From NCBI GenBank assembly GCA_038087875.1, contig CM075987.1, positions 17,176,001 through 17,240,000 on the forward strand: DNA of 64,000 nucleotides. Direction: 5' to 3'. The DNA is from Malacoraja senta (lineage: Eukaryota). This document shows, in pieces, positions 48,925 through 61,629 of this stretch; the stretch's first letter is position 1, and the number at the start of each line of letters is the position of its first letter. A program made the translations under genes and the position numbers. Under the pieces are notes generated by a model. That model was given only the letters and a program-made list of their open reading frames with translations. It searched no databases and was not told the origin of the DNA.

Positions 48925-50900
48925 GAGTCATAGAACGCAGAAACAGGCCCTTCCGCCCAACTTGCCCATGATGACCAACTTGCTGCATCTAGTCCTTCCT
49001 GCATTTGGCCCATATCCTTCTAAACCTGTCCTATCCAAGTACCTGTCTAAATGTTTCTTAAACATTGCTTTAGAGAAACATAGAAAATAGGTGCAATAGT
49101 AGGCCATTTAGCCCTTCGAGCCAGCACCACCATTGAATCATGGCTGATCATCCAGAATCAGTACCTTGTCCCTGCTATTTCCCCATATCCCTTGATTCCA
49201 TTAGCCCTAAGATATCTCTCTCTCTCTCTCTCTGAATACATCAAGTGAATTGTCCTCCACTGCCTTCTGTGGCAGAGAATTCCAGATTCACAACTCTTTC
49301 CTCATCTCAGTCCTAGTCTGAGGAAAGATGTGCAGGCTCTGGAGAGGGTCCAGAGGAGGTTTACAAGAATGATACGGAGAATGAGTGGGTTAGCATATGA
49401 TGAGCACTGGGCCTGTACTCACTGGAGTTTAGAAGGTTGAGGGGGGACCTCATTGAAACATACAGAATAATGAAAGGCATAGATAGATTGGATGTGGAAA
49501 GGATGTTTCCACTGGTGGGAGAATCTAGGACCAGAGGTCATAGCCTCAGAATTAAAGGGAGCTCTTTTAGAAAGGAGGTGAGGAGGAAGTATTTCAGTCA
49601 GAGAGTAGTTAATCTATGGAACTCATTGCCACAGAGGGCTGTGGAGGCCAAGTCAGTAGATATTTAAGGTAGAGATAGACAAATTCATAATTAGAACGGG
49701 TATCAAGGGTTATAGGAAGAAGGCAGGAAAATAGGATTAGGAGGCAGAGATCAGCCGATTGAATGGTGGGAGAAGACTCGATGGGCCGATTGGCCTAATT
49801 CTACTATAACTTGTCAACTTGTGTTCAGATTTGGTCACCCTGCTATAGGACATGTTGTGAAGCTGGAAGGAGTGCACAGAAGATTTACGAGGATGTTGCC
49901 AGGACTTGAGGGCCTGAGCTACAGGGAGAGGTTGGGCAGGCTGGGACTATAGTCCATGGAGCGCAGTCTGAGGGTGATCTTATGGAGATGTATAACATAG
50001 AAACATAGAAACATAGAAAATAGGTGCAGGAGTAGGCCATTCGGCCCTTTGAGCCTGCACCGCCATTCAATATGATCATGGCTGATCATCCAACTCAGTA
50101 TCCCGTACCTGCCTTCTCTCCATACCCCCTGATCCCTTTAGCCACAAGGGCCACATCTAACTCCCTCTTAAATATAGCCAATGAACTGTCCTCAACTACC
50201 TTCTGTGGCAGAGAGTTTTCATGAGGGGGAATAGAAAGAGAGAATAGAATGAGTATAAGGAATAAGCTGCAGGAAGAGGTAGTTGAGGCAGGTACTGTAA
50301 CAACATTTAAAACAGGTTGTGTACGATTTGAAGGGACATGGGCCTGGTGCAGGCAAATAGAACCACCTTAGATGGGGCATCTTGATCGGCATGGATCAGT
50401 TAGACCATAAAACACCAGAGCAGAATTAGGCCATTCAGCACATCAAGTCATGTGATATAAGCAGAATTAGGCCATTCGGCCCATCAAGCCTACTCCGCCA
50501 TTTAATCATGGCTGATCTATCTCTCACTCCTAACCCCATTCTCCTGCCTTCTCCCCATAACCCTTGACACCCGTACTAATCAAGAATCTATCTATCTCTG
50601 CCTTAAAAATATCAATTGATGGCCTCCACAGCCGTCTGTGGCAATGAATTCCACAGATTCACCTCCCTCTGACTAAATAAATTCCTCCTCATCACCTTCC
50701 TAAAGGAACGTCCTTTAATTCTGAGGCTATGACCTCTAGTCCTTGACTCTCCCACTAGTGGAAACATCCTCTCCACATCCACTCTGTCCAGGCCTTTCAC
50801 TATTCAGTAGCTTCAATGAGCAGACCCATTGCGTCTGGTCCACCATTCGACCATGGCTTCTGACCGGGAGTTGGGTTGCTGCCTGTTTCCATGCTGTATA
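48925..50900. mobile_element. Nested CR1 3' fragments in both orientations (FBXO41 last intron)
   Basis: ORFs 49437-49667 and 50612-50800; atagaaacatagaaa tails. Confidence 0.8.
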
Positions 50901-51035
50901 ACTCGGTGACAAATGGCTGCCATCAACTCCTATTGTTCGATCATAAAATTGCATCATTTATTTACCATGTAATAGTAACACATGGAACATTTAAATCCGT
51001 TTATAACGACCAATTGCAGGACTCACTGTCCCTAC

Positions 51036-51151
51036 CTGAAGTTTGCTGACCATTTCTTCAAACAATTTGCGAGCTTCTGGGCTGCCTGGCTCCTCAAAGT
51101 AATCGGTTATCCCAACGTGGACCACAATGGACTTCAAGCTGCGACACACGC
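51036..51151 (-). CDS. FBXO41: FBXO41 exon (VCRSLKSIVVHVGITDYFEEPGSPEARKLFEEMVSKLQ)
   Basis: Matches human ICRNLKSIVVQIGIADYFKEPSSPEAQKLFEDMVTKLQ; 116 nt, ag/gt, phases fit. Confidence 0.93.
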
Positions 51152-51196
51152 CTTGTAAAAGCAAGTGTTAGTTCAACTGTTAGCACTGAAGACAGA

Positions 51197-52775
51197 GTGT
51201 TAGGTCAACTGTTAGGACCGAAGACAGATAAATCCCCAGGGTCTGATGGTCTGCATCCCAGAGTACTCAAGGAGGTGGCACGGGAAATCGTGGATGCATT
51301 GGTGATCATTTTCCAATGTTCTCTCAACTCTGGATCAGTTCCTGTGGACTGGAGGGTAGCCAATGTAACCCCATTTTTTAAGAAAGGAGGGAGAGAGAAA
51401 ACAGGGAATTATAGACCAGTAAGCCTTACATCGGTAGTGGGGAAGATGCTTGAGTCGATTGTTAAAGATGTTATAGCAGCGCATTTGGAAAGCAGTGACA
51501 GGATCAATCAAAAGTCAGCATGGATTTATGAAGGGGAAATCATGCTCGACTAATCTTCTGGCATTTTTTGAGGATGTAACAAGTAGAATGGATAAGGAAG
51601 AGTCAGTGAATGTGGTGTATCTGACAAGGTCCCACACAAGAGATTAGTGTGCAAAATTAGAGCACATGGTATTGGGGGTAGGGTATTGACATGGATAGAG
51701 AACTGGTTGGCAGACAGGAATCAAAGAGTAGGGATTAGTGGGTCCTTTTCAGAATGGCAGGCAGTGACTAGTGGGGTGCCATAGGGCTCGATGCTGGGAT
51801 ACCAGTTATTCACAATATATATTAACAATTTTGACGATGGAATAAAATTTATCATCTCTAAGTTTGCGGATGACACAAAGCTGGGTGGCAGTGTGAGCTG
51901 TGAGGAGGATGCTGTGAGAATGCAGGGTGACTTGACTAGTTTGGGTGAGTGGGCAGATGCAGTATAATGTAGATAACTGTGAGGTTATTCACTTTGGAGG
52001 CAAGAACAAGAAGGCAGATTATTATCTGAATGGTGTCAAATTAGGAAAAGGGGAGGTGCAATGAGATCTGGGGGTCCTTGTTCATCAGTCACTGAAAATA
52101 AGCATGCAGGTACAGCAGGCAGTGAAGAAAGCTAATGGCATGTTGGCCTTCATTGCGAGAGGATTTGAGTTTAGGAGCAAGGAGGTCCTACTGCAGTTGT
52201 ACAGGGTCTTGGTGGGACCACACCTGGAGTATTGTGTGCAAACTTGGTCTCCTAATTTGAGGAAGGACATTCTTGCTATTGAGAGAGTGCAGCGTAGGTT
52301 CACCAGGTTAATTCCCGGGATGGCGGGACTGACATATAATGAAAGAATGGGCTTGTATTCACTGGAATTTAGAAGGATGAGAGGGAATCTTATAGTACAT
52401 ATAAAATTCTTAGAGGATTGGACAGGTTAGATGCAGGGAAAATGTTCCCAATGTTGGGGGAAGCCCAGAACCAGGGGTCACAGTTTAAGAATAAGGGGTC
52501 GGCCATTTAGAACTGAGATGAGGCAAAACTTTTTCACCCAGAGAGTTGTGAATCTGTGGAATTCTCTGCCTCTGAAGGCAGTGGAGGCCAATTCACTGGA
52601 TGTTTTCAAGAGGGAGTTAGATTTAGCTCTTGGGGCTAAAGGAATCAAGGGATATGGGGAGAAGGCAGGAACTGGGTACTGATTGTGGATGATCAGCCAT
52701 GATCACATTGAATGGCAGTGCTGGCTGGAAGGGCTGAATGGCCTACTCCTGCACTTATTGTCTATGTTCTATGTT
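51197..52775 (+). mobile_element. Decayed CR1 LINE (RT domain to 3' end)
   Basis: ORFs 51197-51553 (NYRPVSLTS), 52104-52430 and 52431-52682. Confidence 0.92.
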
Positions 52776-52949
52776 GTAAACAACATGAGTGCAGAGAGGC
52801 ACAGATAAGGTGGACAGTCAGAAACCTTTACGCAGGATGGAATGATCAAACATTACAAGGAGTAGCTTTAAGGTGAGAGGGGCAAAGTTTAAGGATGTGC
52901 AGGGCAACTTTTCTTTTAGAGGGTGATGGGTGCCTGGAACATGCTGCCC

Positions 52950-54060
52950 TTCACGTTGTATATTAATGATTTGGACAAGGGGATTGAAGGCTTTGGGCCA
53001 AGTTTGTGGATGATATGAAAATAGGTGGAGGGGCAGGCAGTGTAGAGAAAGCAGGGACTCTGCAGAAAGACTTGGACAGGTTGGGAGAGTGGACAGAGAA
53101 GTGACAGATGGAATATAGTGTAGCAAAGTGTGGAGTCATGCATTTTGGTAGTAGGAATAAAGGCGTAGACTATTTTCTAAATGGGGAGATAATCGAGAAA
53201 TCAGAGGTGCAAAGGGACTTGGGAGTGCTGGTGCAGGATTCCCAAAAAGTTAATCTGCAAGTCTAATTGGTAGTAAAGAAAGCAAACTCAATGCTAGCAT
53301 TTATTTCGAGAGGGCGTGTATACAAAAACAGGGATGTAGTGTTGAGGCTCTATAATGCGCTGGTCAGGCTGCATTTGGAATATTGTGAGAATTTTGGGCC
53401 GTATCTGAGGAAGGATGTGCTAGCTCTGGAGAGGGTCCAGAGGAGGTTTACAAGATTGATCCCAGGAATGAGTAGGTTAACCTAGTCTGAAGAAGGGTCT
53501 CAACCCAAAACATCACCCATTCCTTCCCTCCAGAGATGCTGCCTGTCCAGCTGAGTTACTACAGCTCTTTGTGTCTATCTTTGGTTTAAACCAGCTTCTG
53601 CAGTTCCTTCCTACATAACCTATGATGAGCGTTTGTTGGCACTGGGCCTGTACTCGCTGGAGTTTAGAAGGATGAGGGGGAATCTCATTGAAACACACAG
53701 AATAGTGAAAGGCTTTGATATAGTGGATGTGGAGAGGATGTTTCCACTAGTGGGAGAGTCTAGGACTGGAGGTCATAGCCTCAGAATTGAAGGACGTTCT
53801 TTTAGGAAAGAGATGAAGAGAAATTTCTTTAGTCAGAGGGTGGTGAATCTGTGGAATTCTTTGCTACAGAAGGCTGTGGAGGCCACGTCAGTGGATATTT
53901 TTAAGGCAGAGATAGATAGATTGTTGATTAGTACAGGTGTCAGAGGTTATGGGGAGAAGGCAGGAGAATGGGGTTAGGAGGGAGAGAAGGATCAGACATG
54001 AAGAACAGGTGGAGTAGACCTGATGGGCCGGATGGCTTAATTCTACTCTTATGACCTTAT
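52950..54060 (+). mobile_element. CR1 LINE with an inserted Penelope-pLTR-type short element (53485-53615, flanking direct repeat taaccta)
   Basis: ORFs 53267-53485 and 53633-53977 continue across the insert. Confidence 0.88.
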
Positions 54061-55084
54061 GATCTAATGATTCATCCACTAGTCCCACCTGCCCGCGTTT
54101 GGCCCCAATTCTTCTAAACCTTTCTTCTCCATGTACTTGTCCCAATGACTCGTATGTGTTGTTATGGTACCTGCCTTAACTATCTCCTTTGTCAGCTTGT
54201 TCTATATACCCTCCATCTTCTGTGTGAAAACGTTGCCCCTCAGTCATAGAGTGATACAGTGTGGAAACAGGCCCTTCAGCCCAACTTGCCTACACCGGCC
54301 AACATGTCCCAGCTACACTAGTCCCACCTGCCTGTGCTTGGTCGATATCCCTCCAAACCTGTCCTATTCATTTACCTGTATAACTGTTTTGTAAAAAATG
54401 GGAGAGTCCAAGCCTCACCTACCTCCTCTGACAGCTTGTTCCATACACCCACCACCCTCAGATTCCTATTAAATCTTTTCCACCTCACCTTAAACCTATG
54501 TCCTCTGGTCCTCGATTCACCTACTCTGGGCAAGAGACTCTGTGCATCTACCCCATCTATACCTCTCATGATTTGTATACATCTCCATAAGATCTCCCCT
54601 CCACCTCCTGCGCTCCAAGGAATAGAGTCCCAGCCTGCTCAGAGAGTTGTGAAACTGAGGAATTCGCTGCCACAGAAGGCAGTGGAGGCCAATTCACTGG
54701 ATGTTTTCAAGAAAGAGTTAGATTTAGCTCTTCGGGCTAAAGGAATCAAGGGATATGGGGAGAAAGCAGGAACGGAGTACCGATTTTAGATGATCTACCA
54801 TGATCATATTGAATGATCGGTGCTAGCTCGAAGGGCCAAATGGCCTACTCCTGCACCTATTTTCCATGCTTCTACTCAACCTCTCCCTGTAGCTCAGATC
54901 CTCTAGCCCTGGCAACATCCTTGTAAATCTTATCAGTTCCCTTTCCAGCTTGACAACATCTTTCCTATAAGATGGTGCCAAGAAGTGAACAGCACACTTT
55001 GGTCTGAGCTCCTACCCTTCCTCAAGCTGTTGGTATTGACATTAATCCTTTGCCTGTGTGAGGGGAAAGAAGAAGGTTACTTAC

Positions 55085-55243
55085 TGTTGAAATGTAGCAG
55101 AGCTTTGGGGGTGACTGGGGTTGATGTCAACACCAGCATTTCCAATCCCTTCAGCCCCTCTCGACAAACCTCCGCTGCTACTTCCTGGTTTATTTCAGTC
55201 ACGTGGTCAAGTTCCAGAACTTGCAAACGGATACAGTTACGAG
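55085..55243 (-). CDS. FBXO41: FBXO41 exon (ARNCIRLQVLELDHVTEINQEVAAEVCREGLKGLEMLVLTSTPVTPKALLHFN)
   Basis: Near-identical to recalled human FBXO41; 159 nt, phase 1-1. Confidence 0.95.
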
Positions 55244-55334
55244 CTGAGGAATAAATTACCACCAGAGGGAGAAAAATAATGATCAGAACAAAGCTTCCAC
55301 TGTTCACAACAAAACCAGTGAAAGAAAAGAGCAG

Positions 55335-55600
55335 CAGAGTTGCTGCCTCACAGCACCAGAGACCCGGCTTCAATCCTGACTACGGGCGCTGTCTGTACGG
55401 AGTTTGTACCTTCTCCCTGTGACCTGCGTGGGTTTGCTCCAGGTGCTCCGGTTTCCTCCCACACCCCAAAGATGTACAGTTTTGTAGGTTAAGTGGCTTC
55501 TGTAAATTGTCCCTTGATAGGGCTAGTGTACGGGATGATTGCTGGTCGGCACAAATTGAATGGGCCGAAGGGCCTGTTTCCACGCTGGATTTCTAAAGTC
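55335..55600 (+). mobile_element. HE1/V-SINE-like SINE
   Basis: agagttgctgcctcacagcaccagagacccgg...gggccgaagggcctgtttcc. Confidence 0.8.
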
Positions 55601-57750
55601 TAATATGCTAAACGCCTGCATGTTGGGTGACTTTCTCATTCGATTCCAGAATCGGTCTTTCAGATCCAGCTTCACACCAGAGGCACATTGTCATCAAACC
55701 CGTCTCTCCTCCTTCTTCTTGCGTATGGCGTGCACAGCCTAAAGTTGCAGGACAACTTGTTCTATTTGATCTTATTTGATTGTGCATGCCGGGTTGATTG
55801 CATTGGTTGAAACAGGGCGGACCACGTGAAGGTTGCAGTCTCTCCTGAAGCTGCTGCTCTTTGACAGGTTGAAATACTACGAATGGAATCATGGTTGAAC
55901 TTATCACGTCTACCTACCAGACGGCAAAAGACCAGGGAAATGGAGGGAGTAATCTGTTGTATGTAATAGGGATGTTCTGATTGAGGTATAGGAAATAATA
56001 AGAGGTATAGATAGCGTATAGAGCCAGAATGTGTTTCCCATGGTTGGGGTATCAATAGCAAGAGGCAGAGGTTTAAGGAGAGAAGAAGGAGTTGAAAGTG
56101 GTTCAGAGGTTTGTTTATTTACACTGAGTGGCTGATAGCTGGTCACCTTCATTGATCGGGACACTGAGTACAAAAGGTGGGAAGTCATCTTGCAGCTTTA
56201 TCGGACTTTGGTCGGACCACATGTGGAGTTTGTGTACAGTTCGTTCAGGTGGCCACATTACGGGACAGATGTGGGGGCTTTGGACAGGGTGCAGGGGAGG
56301 TTGATCAGAACGCTGCCTGGATTACAGGGTTTCAGCTACAGGGAGAGGTTGGACACACACGGATTGTAGGGGTTGTGGGGAAACCTGCTGAAGGTGTACA
56401 CAACAATGAAAGGCATAGACGGGGTAGACAGTCACAACCCTTTATCCCAGGATGGAAACATCAAATATTAGAGTGCATAGCTTTATGGTGAGAGGTGTGC
56501 GGGGTGCCTGGGAGGCACTGCCAGGGGTGGTGGTTGAGACAGGTATGATAGCGGCATCTAAGAGACTTTTGGAAAGGCGCAGGGACATAGATGATGCACA
56601 GGCTGGTAGAAGTTAGCATCATGCTTGGCACATACTGTTCTATATTCTATGTCTAATTACCACCCCTGGCAGCATGTTCCAGGCACTTTGTAAAAACACA
56701 TGCCCCGCATGTCTCCTTTAAACGTTGCCCTTTCACCTTAAATATCCAGTCTTGGATATTTCCATCTTGGGGAAAAAGGTCACTTCTATCAGGGTCTCCC
56801 TGAACTTCCACAGAAAACAATCTAAGTCTGTCCAAGGTCTCCCTGTAGCTGATACCCATCAATGCAGGCAGCGTTCAGGTCAACGTCCCCTGCACCCTCT
56901 CCAAAGCCTCCACATCCTGCAATGGGATGCATTACAAGAACTACACACAATATGCCAAATGCCACCCAACCAAACTCTTAAAGCTGCATCATTACTGCCT
57001 GTCTCTAATAACCAATGAAGGCCAGCATTTCATGCCTACTTTACCACCCTGCCTACTTGTGTTGCCATTTTTGGCGAGTTGTAGACTTGAACCCAGAGAC
57101 CACTCTCTGCATCAATGGTGTTCAGGGTCTTGCCATTAATTGTATATTTTCTCCTCATAGAAACATAGAAACATAGAAAATAGGTGCAGGAGTAGGTCAT
57201 TCGGCCCTTCGAGCCTGCACCGCCATTCAATATGATCATGGCTGATCATCCAACTCAGTATCCTGTACCTGCCTTCTCTCAATACCCCCTGATCCCTTTA
57301 GCCTCAAGGGCCACATCTAACTCCCTCTTAAATATAGCCAATGAACTGTCCTCAACTACTTTCTGTGGCAGAGAGTTCCAGAGATTCACCACTCTCTGTG
57401 TGAAACACGTCATATTAACACGTTTCACAAGTCTCTGATTAAACTCCATTTACCATTTCTCTGCCCATGCCTCTATCCATGCATCTTCCTATCCACGTAC
57501 CAGTCCTTCTCTGGCTGCTCGTTCCATACACCCAGCACACTGTGAGGAAAGGTTGCCCCTCAGGTCCATGTTAAATCTTTCCCCCCCTCACCTTTACCCT
57601 ATGACCTGTGCTTTTTGATTCTGCTACTCTGGGTAAAAGACTCTGTGCATTTACCCGATCTATTGCCCTCATGATCTTATACACCACTATAAGATCACCC
57701 CTGATCCTCCTGCACTCCAAGGAATGAAGTCCCAGCCTGACCTAGTCCTA

Positions 57751-57846
57751 GTCTGAAGAAGGGTCTCGACCCGAAACGTCACCCATCCCTTCTCTCCAAA
57801 GATGCTGCCTGTCCCGCTGAGTTACTCCAGCATTTTGTGTCTATCC
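57751..57846 (+). ncRNA. Minimal hammerhead-ribozyme-like motif in a Penelope pLTR fragment
   Basis: CTGAAGA (57753-59), a, gggt-ctcg-accc stem II, GAAA (57773-76), c, GTC; helix I is weak. Confidence 0.5.
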
Positions 57847-58162
57847 TAGTCTGCCCAACCTATCCCTGTAGCTCCGGCCCTTGCCTGGGCAAATCGGAGT
57901 TGTCGGGATCCGATGGAGGCATTTTACATAAGGAAGGGACAGGCAACTGGTGGAGAGGTTGCAAGTTACAGAGAGTGCTGGACAGACATTGTGTTGAACT
58001 TTAACCAAACGTTGATGCAGACCCAGGAGACATCCAGAGACTGGGCACACAGGCACTCCTCTGCCAGCAAGTTGTCACAGAGCCACCAACGTCTGTCACC
58101 TTGTCACCTCTGAATGCCGCAATTAAAGCAGTTGTAAGATAAAGAAGAGGCAGGATAGTTAC

Positions 58163-58281
58163 CCAAGGAGGCCAGACCCTGCAGTCCACATCCGGCTCCT
58201 CCAACTCCCAGTGCCCGCAAGTGCGGCCAGCACCGGCCGATCATCTGTAGACTCCGGTTGTTGAAACGCGTTGGCTGGTGG
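58163..58281 (-). CDS. FBXO41: FBXO41 exon (HQPTRFNNRSLQMIGRCWPHLRALGVGGAGCGLQGLASL)
   Basis: Matches human QQPTRFSNRCLQMIGRCWPHLRALGVGGAGCGVQGLASL; 119 nt, phases fit. Confidence 0.95.
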
Positions 58282-58345
58282 CTGGGGAGAGAAACACAGG
58301 GCGTCAATGCCAGAGTTGGATGGGGGAGAGATTAAACACAGGAAG

Positions 58346-59440
58346 TAGAGCCTCGCGGGCCGGTGCTGGAGCCTCACGGGTCAGTGCTAGAGCCTCACGG
58401 GTCAACGCTGGAGCATCACGGGTCAACGCTGGAGCCTCACGGGTCAGTGCTGGAGCCTCGCGGGTCAACGCTGGAGCCTCGCGGGTCAACGCTGGAGCCT
58501 CGCGGATCAACGCTGGAGCCTCGCGGGTCAGTGCTGGAGCCTCGCGGGTCAACGCTGGAACAACGCTGGAGCCTCACGGGTCAACGCTGGAGCCTCACGG
58601 GTCACCGCTGGAGCCTCACGGGTCAACGCTGGAGCCTCACGGGTCAACGCTGGAGCATCACGGGTCGACTGTGCCCGCGGCTGGTGCCTGGGTCGGTGCC
58701 ATGGAGGCGTCCGGACAGGACCCGGCACTGTGAGTGGAGAAGTCGGTGCGGCGGTCGATGCTGGTGCCAACCGATGGATGAGTACGGGCACGTGGAGGAC
58801 GTCGCTGTTGGGGGAGAGCAACAGGGACCTGGCGTGGGGGGGTCCTGAGGTGGGGGGGGGATTGCAGTGAGGGGGGAGAGCAACGGGGACCTGGCATGGG
58901 GAGGTCCTGAGATGGGGGGTCCCTCAGTGAGGGAGAGGGATGAGCAACGGGGACCTGGCGTGAGGGGGTCCTGAGATGGGGGGGACCGCAGTGAGGGGGG
59001 AGAGCAACGGGGACCTGGCGTGAGGGGGTCCTGAGATGGGGGGTCCCGCAGTGAGAGGGGAGAGCAACGGGGACCTGGCGTGAGGGGGTCCTGAGATGGG
59101 GGGGACCGCAGTGAGGGGGGAGAGCAACGGGGACCTGGCGTGAGGGGGTCCTGAGATGGGGGGTCCCGCAGTGAGAGGGGAGAGCAACGGGGACCTGGCG
59201 TTAGGGGGTCCTGAGATGGGGGGGACCGCAGTGAGGGGGGAGAGCAACGGGGACCTGGCATGAGGGGGTCCTGAGATGGGGGGTCCAGCAGTGATAGGAG
59301 AGAGCAACGGGGGACCTGGCGTGGATACTTTGTCACTTTGTCAGTTCCTTTATCTGGCGACTATTTTCATGTCTTGGGAATGCAAGCAGAGAATCTCACT
59401 GTGGCTTGTCACAAGTGACAATAAAGTATTCTATTCTATA
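58346..59440 (+). mobile_element. Putative non-autonomous retroelement carrying a 21-bp array (58365-58665) and a 60-bp array (58810-59320), ending in a hairpin + gtgacaataaa + (ctatt) tail
   Basis: Similar tails occur at 22745-22805 and 30130-30170. Family assignment is uncertain. Confidence 0.5.
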
Positions 59441-59762
59441 GTTATATACTTTATTAACAGTATGATGTGCAATTGTAGTTGCCCCATTAAAGGAAGCATT
59501 GTAAAGGGTGCAACATGAGGCCTGAATAAGGGGTAGTACCCACAGAAAGAGCTTGGACAGACTAGGATTGTTTTCTACGGACACTGGGGGCAGGTGGGTG
59601 TCTAATGCGATGTTGACAAGGCGAAGGCTACAGCCACAGTGGGAGACCCATTCCAGGAGCGGTGAATCATTAGTGAGGCAGCACCTTCCCCACTCCCAGC
59701 TGGGGTCCCATGGGAGGCACTGAGCAGTGAGTGAGACGCAAGGTGACGCAAGGTGGCCTTAC

Positions 59763-59858
59763 CATGGATGTAACGGTGCAACTTGCAGAGAAATGATGTC
59801 CCTGCAGCCAGCGCCCAAAGCCCAAACCACCTCATGGCCAACTGGGTCAGTGGAACTC
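59763..59858 (-). CDS. FBXO41: FBXO41 exon (SSTDPVGHEVVWALGAGCRDIISLQVAPLHP)
   Basis: Matches human SATDPVGHEVIWALGAGCREIVSLQVAPLHPC; 96 nt, phase 2-2. Earlier exons lie beyond the window. Confidence 0.94.
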
Positions 59859-60082
59859 CTGAATGTAATACATACACAAGTTAAAGCAGTACAAATGATG
59901 CAACAGTAACAGTCTGCAGGTGTACCCATGCCCCCTTCTTGCAACATCATCATCATCATACTACAAACATAGACAATAGGTGCAGGAGTAGGCCATTCAG
60001 CCCTTCCAGCCAGCACCGCCATTCAATGTGATCATGGCTGATCATCCCCAATCAGTACCCCGTTCCTGCTTTTTCCCCATAT

Positions 60083-61384
60083 CAAGTCACATTTATTTAT
60101 ATAGCACATTTAAAAAACAATTCTCGTTGGCCAAAGTGCTTTACATTTGTTATAAGAATAATATAAACAAACAAACTACATACATATATACATATAGCCC
60201 TCGCTCAGAGGACGTCAAGAAAGGCTTGGGAGCATTGAAGGTTCTGCACTCAGCTGGTTCCATTCCTACCTTTCCAACCGATCCCACTTCATCTCTCTCC
60301 ATAACCACACCTCTGCCACAGCCACTGTCACTCAAGGCGTTCCCCAAGGCTCCGTTTTCGGTCCCCTCCTCTTCATCATCTACATTCTCCCCCTTGGTCA
60401 TATACTCCGTCACTTCAACCTGGACTTCCACTGCTATGCTGATGACACCCAGATCTATCTCAGCACAAGTCCCCCACCACCCCCCTCTCTCCCATATCAA
60501 CTCCTGCCTGTCAGCCATCAAATCTTGGATGCAACTCAACTTCCGTAAATTAAACAGTAGCAAAACAGAATTTCTCCTCATTGGCTCCAAATCAACACTC
60601 ACTAAAATTAACAACCCCACTCTCACTATCGACGACACCACTGTCTCCCCATCTCCTCAGGCACGCAACCTTGGCGTGATCCTTGACTCAACCCTCTCCC
60701 TTGAGCCTCACATCCGCCATGTTGTCAAAACATCATTTTTTCACCTCCGCAACATTGCAAAAATCAGATCCTCTCTCACACCCCCCGCTGCTGAAAGACT
60801 CATCCATGCCTTCATCTCCTCCCGACTGGACTACTATAACTCTCTTCTTTTCGGAATCAATTCCAGCAGCATCAACCGACTCCAACTGGTCCAAAATGCA
60901 GCCGCTCGACTCATTACCCATACCAAATCCTGGCACCACATCACCCCAGTTCTCAAAGAACTTCACTGGCTTCCCATTTCCCACCGGATCACCTACAAAA
61001 TCCTGGTCCTCACCTACAAACCCCTCAACAACCTGGCCCCCCCTTATCTCATTGACCTCCTCTCCCCCTACCAACCCTCACGGTCCCTCAGATCCACATC
61101 AGCTGGTCTCCTCTCCACTCCGAAATCAAACCTCTGCACTTTTGGAGGCAGAGCCTTCTCCAGGGCAGCTCCCAGGCTCTGGAATACCCTCCCACAACCG
61201 GTCCGAAATTCTGAGTCCCTCACCATCTTCCAGTCCCGCCTCAAGACCCATCTCTTCACCTCTGCATACCCTTAGTCCCATGTTCCCCTCCCCTCTACCT
61301 TACTGCTCTATTTTGTTTTGTTTATTCCTGATTCTCAATTGTAAAGCGACTTTGAGTCCCGAAAAGCGCTATATAAATAAAATC

Positions 61385-61418
<34 letters not shown>

Positions 61419-61626
61419 GATACGTTTTTAGTCTTGACTTAAAGGAGTCGATGGAGGGGGCAGTTCTGATGGGAAGGGGGATGCTGTTCCACAGTCTAGG
61501 AGCTGTAACCGCAAAGGTGCGGTCGCCCCTGAGCTTATGCCTAGACCGCGGGATATTCAGCAACCCCAAGTCGGCTGATCTGAGGGACCTGGAGGTGGAG
61601 TGGTGGGTGAGAAGACTTTTAATGTA
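60083..61626 (-). mobile_element. Antisense L2 3' fragment split by the + strand L2 (parts 60083-60232 and 61418-61626)
   Basis: Minus-strand L2-type tail (gtaaagcactttgg...tgctatataaataaa) and DRTFAVTAPRLWNS-type coding remnant. Confidence 0.7.
60233..61417 (+). mobile_element. 5'-truncated L2 LINE (ORF2 C-terminus, 3' UTR, (TAT)n tail)
   Basis: LNSSKTEFL, RNLGVILD, ISSRLDYYNSL, QNAAAR, HITPVLKELHWLP motifs; aataaa followed by (tat)n. Confidence 0.92.
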
Positions 61627-61629
61627 GCC

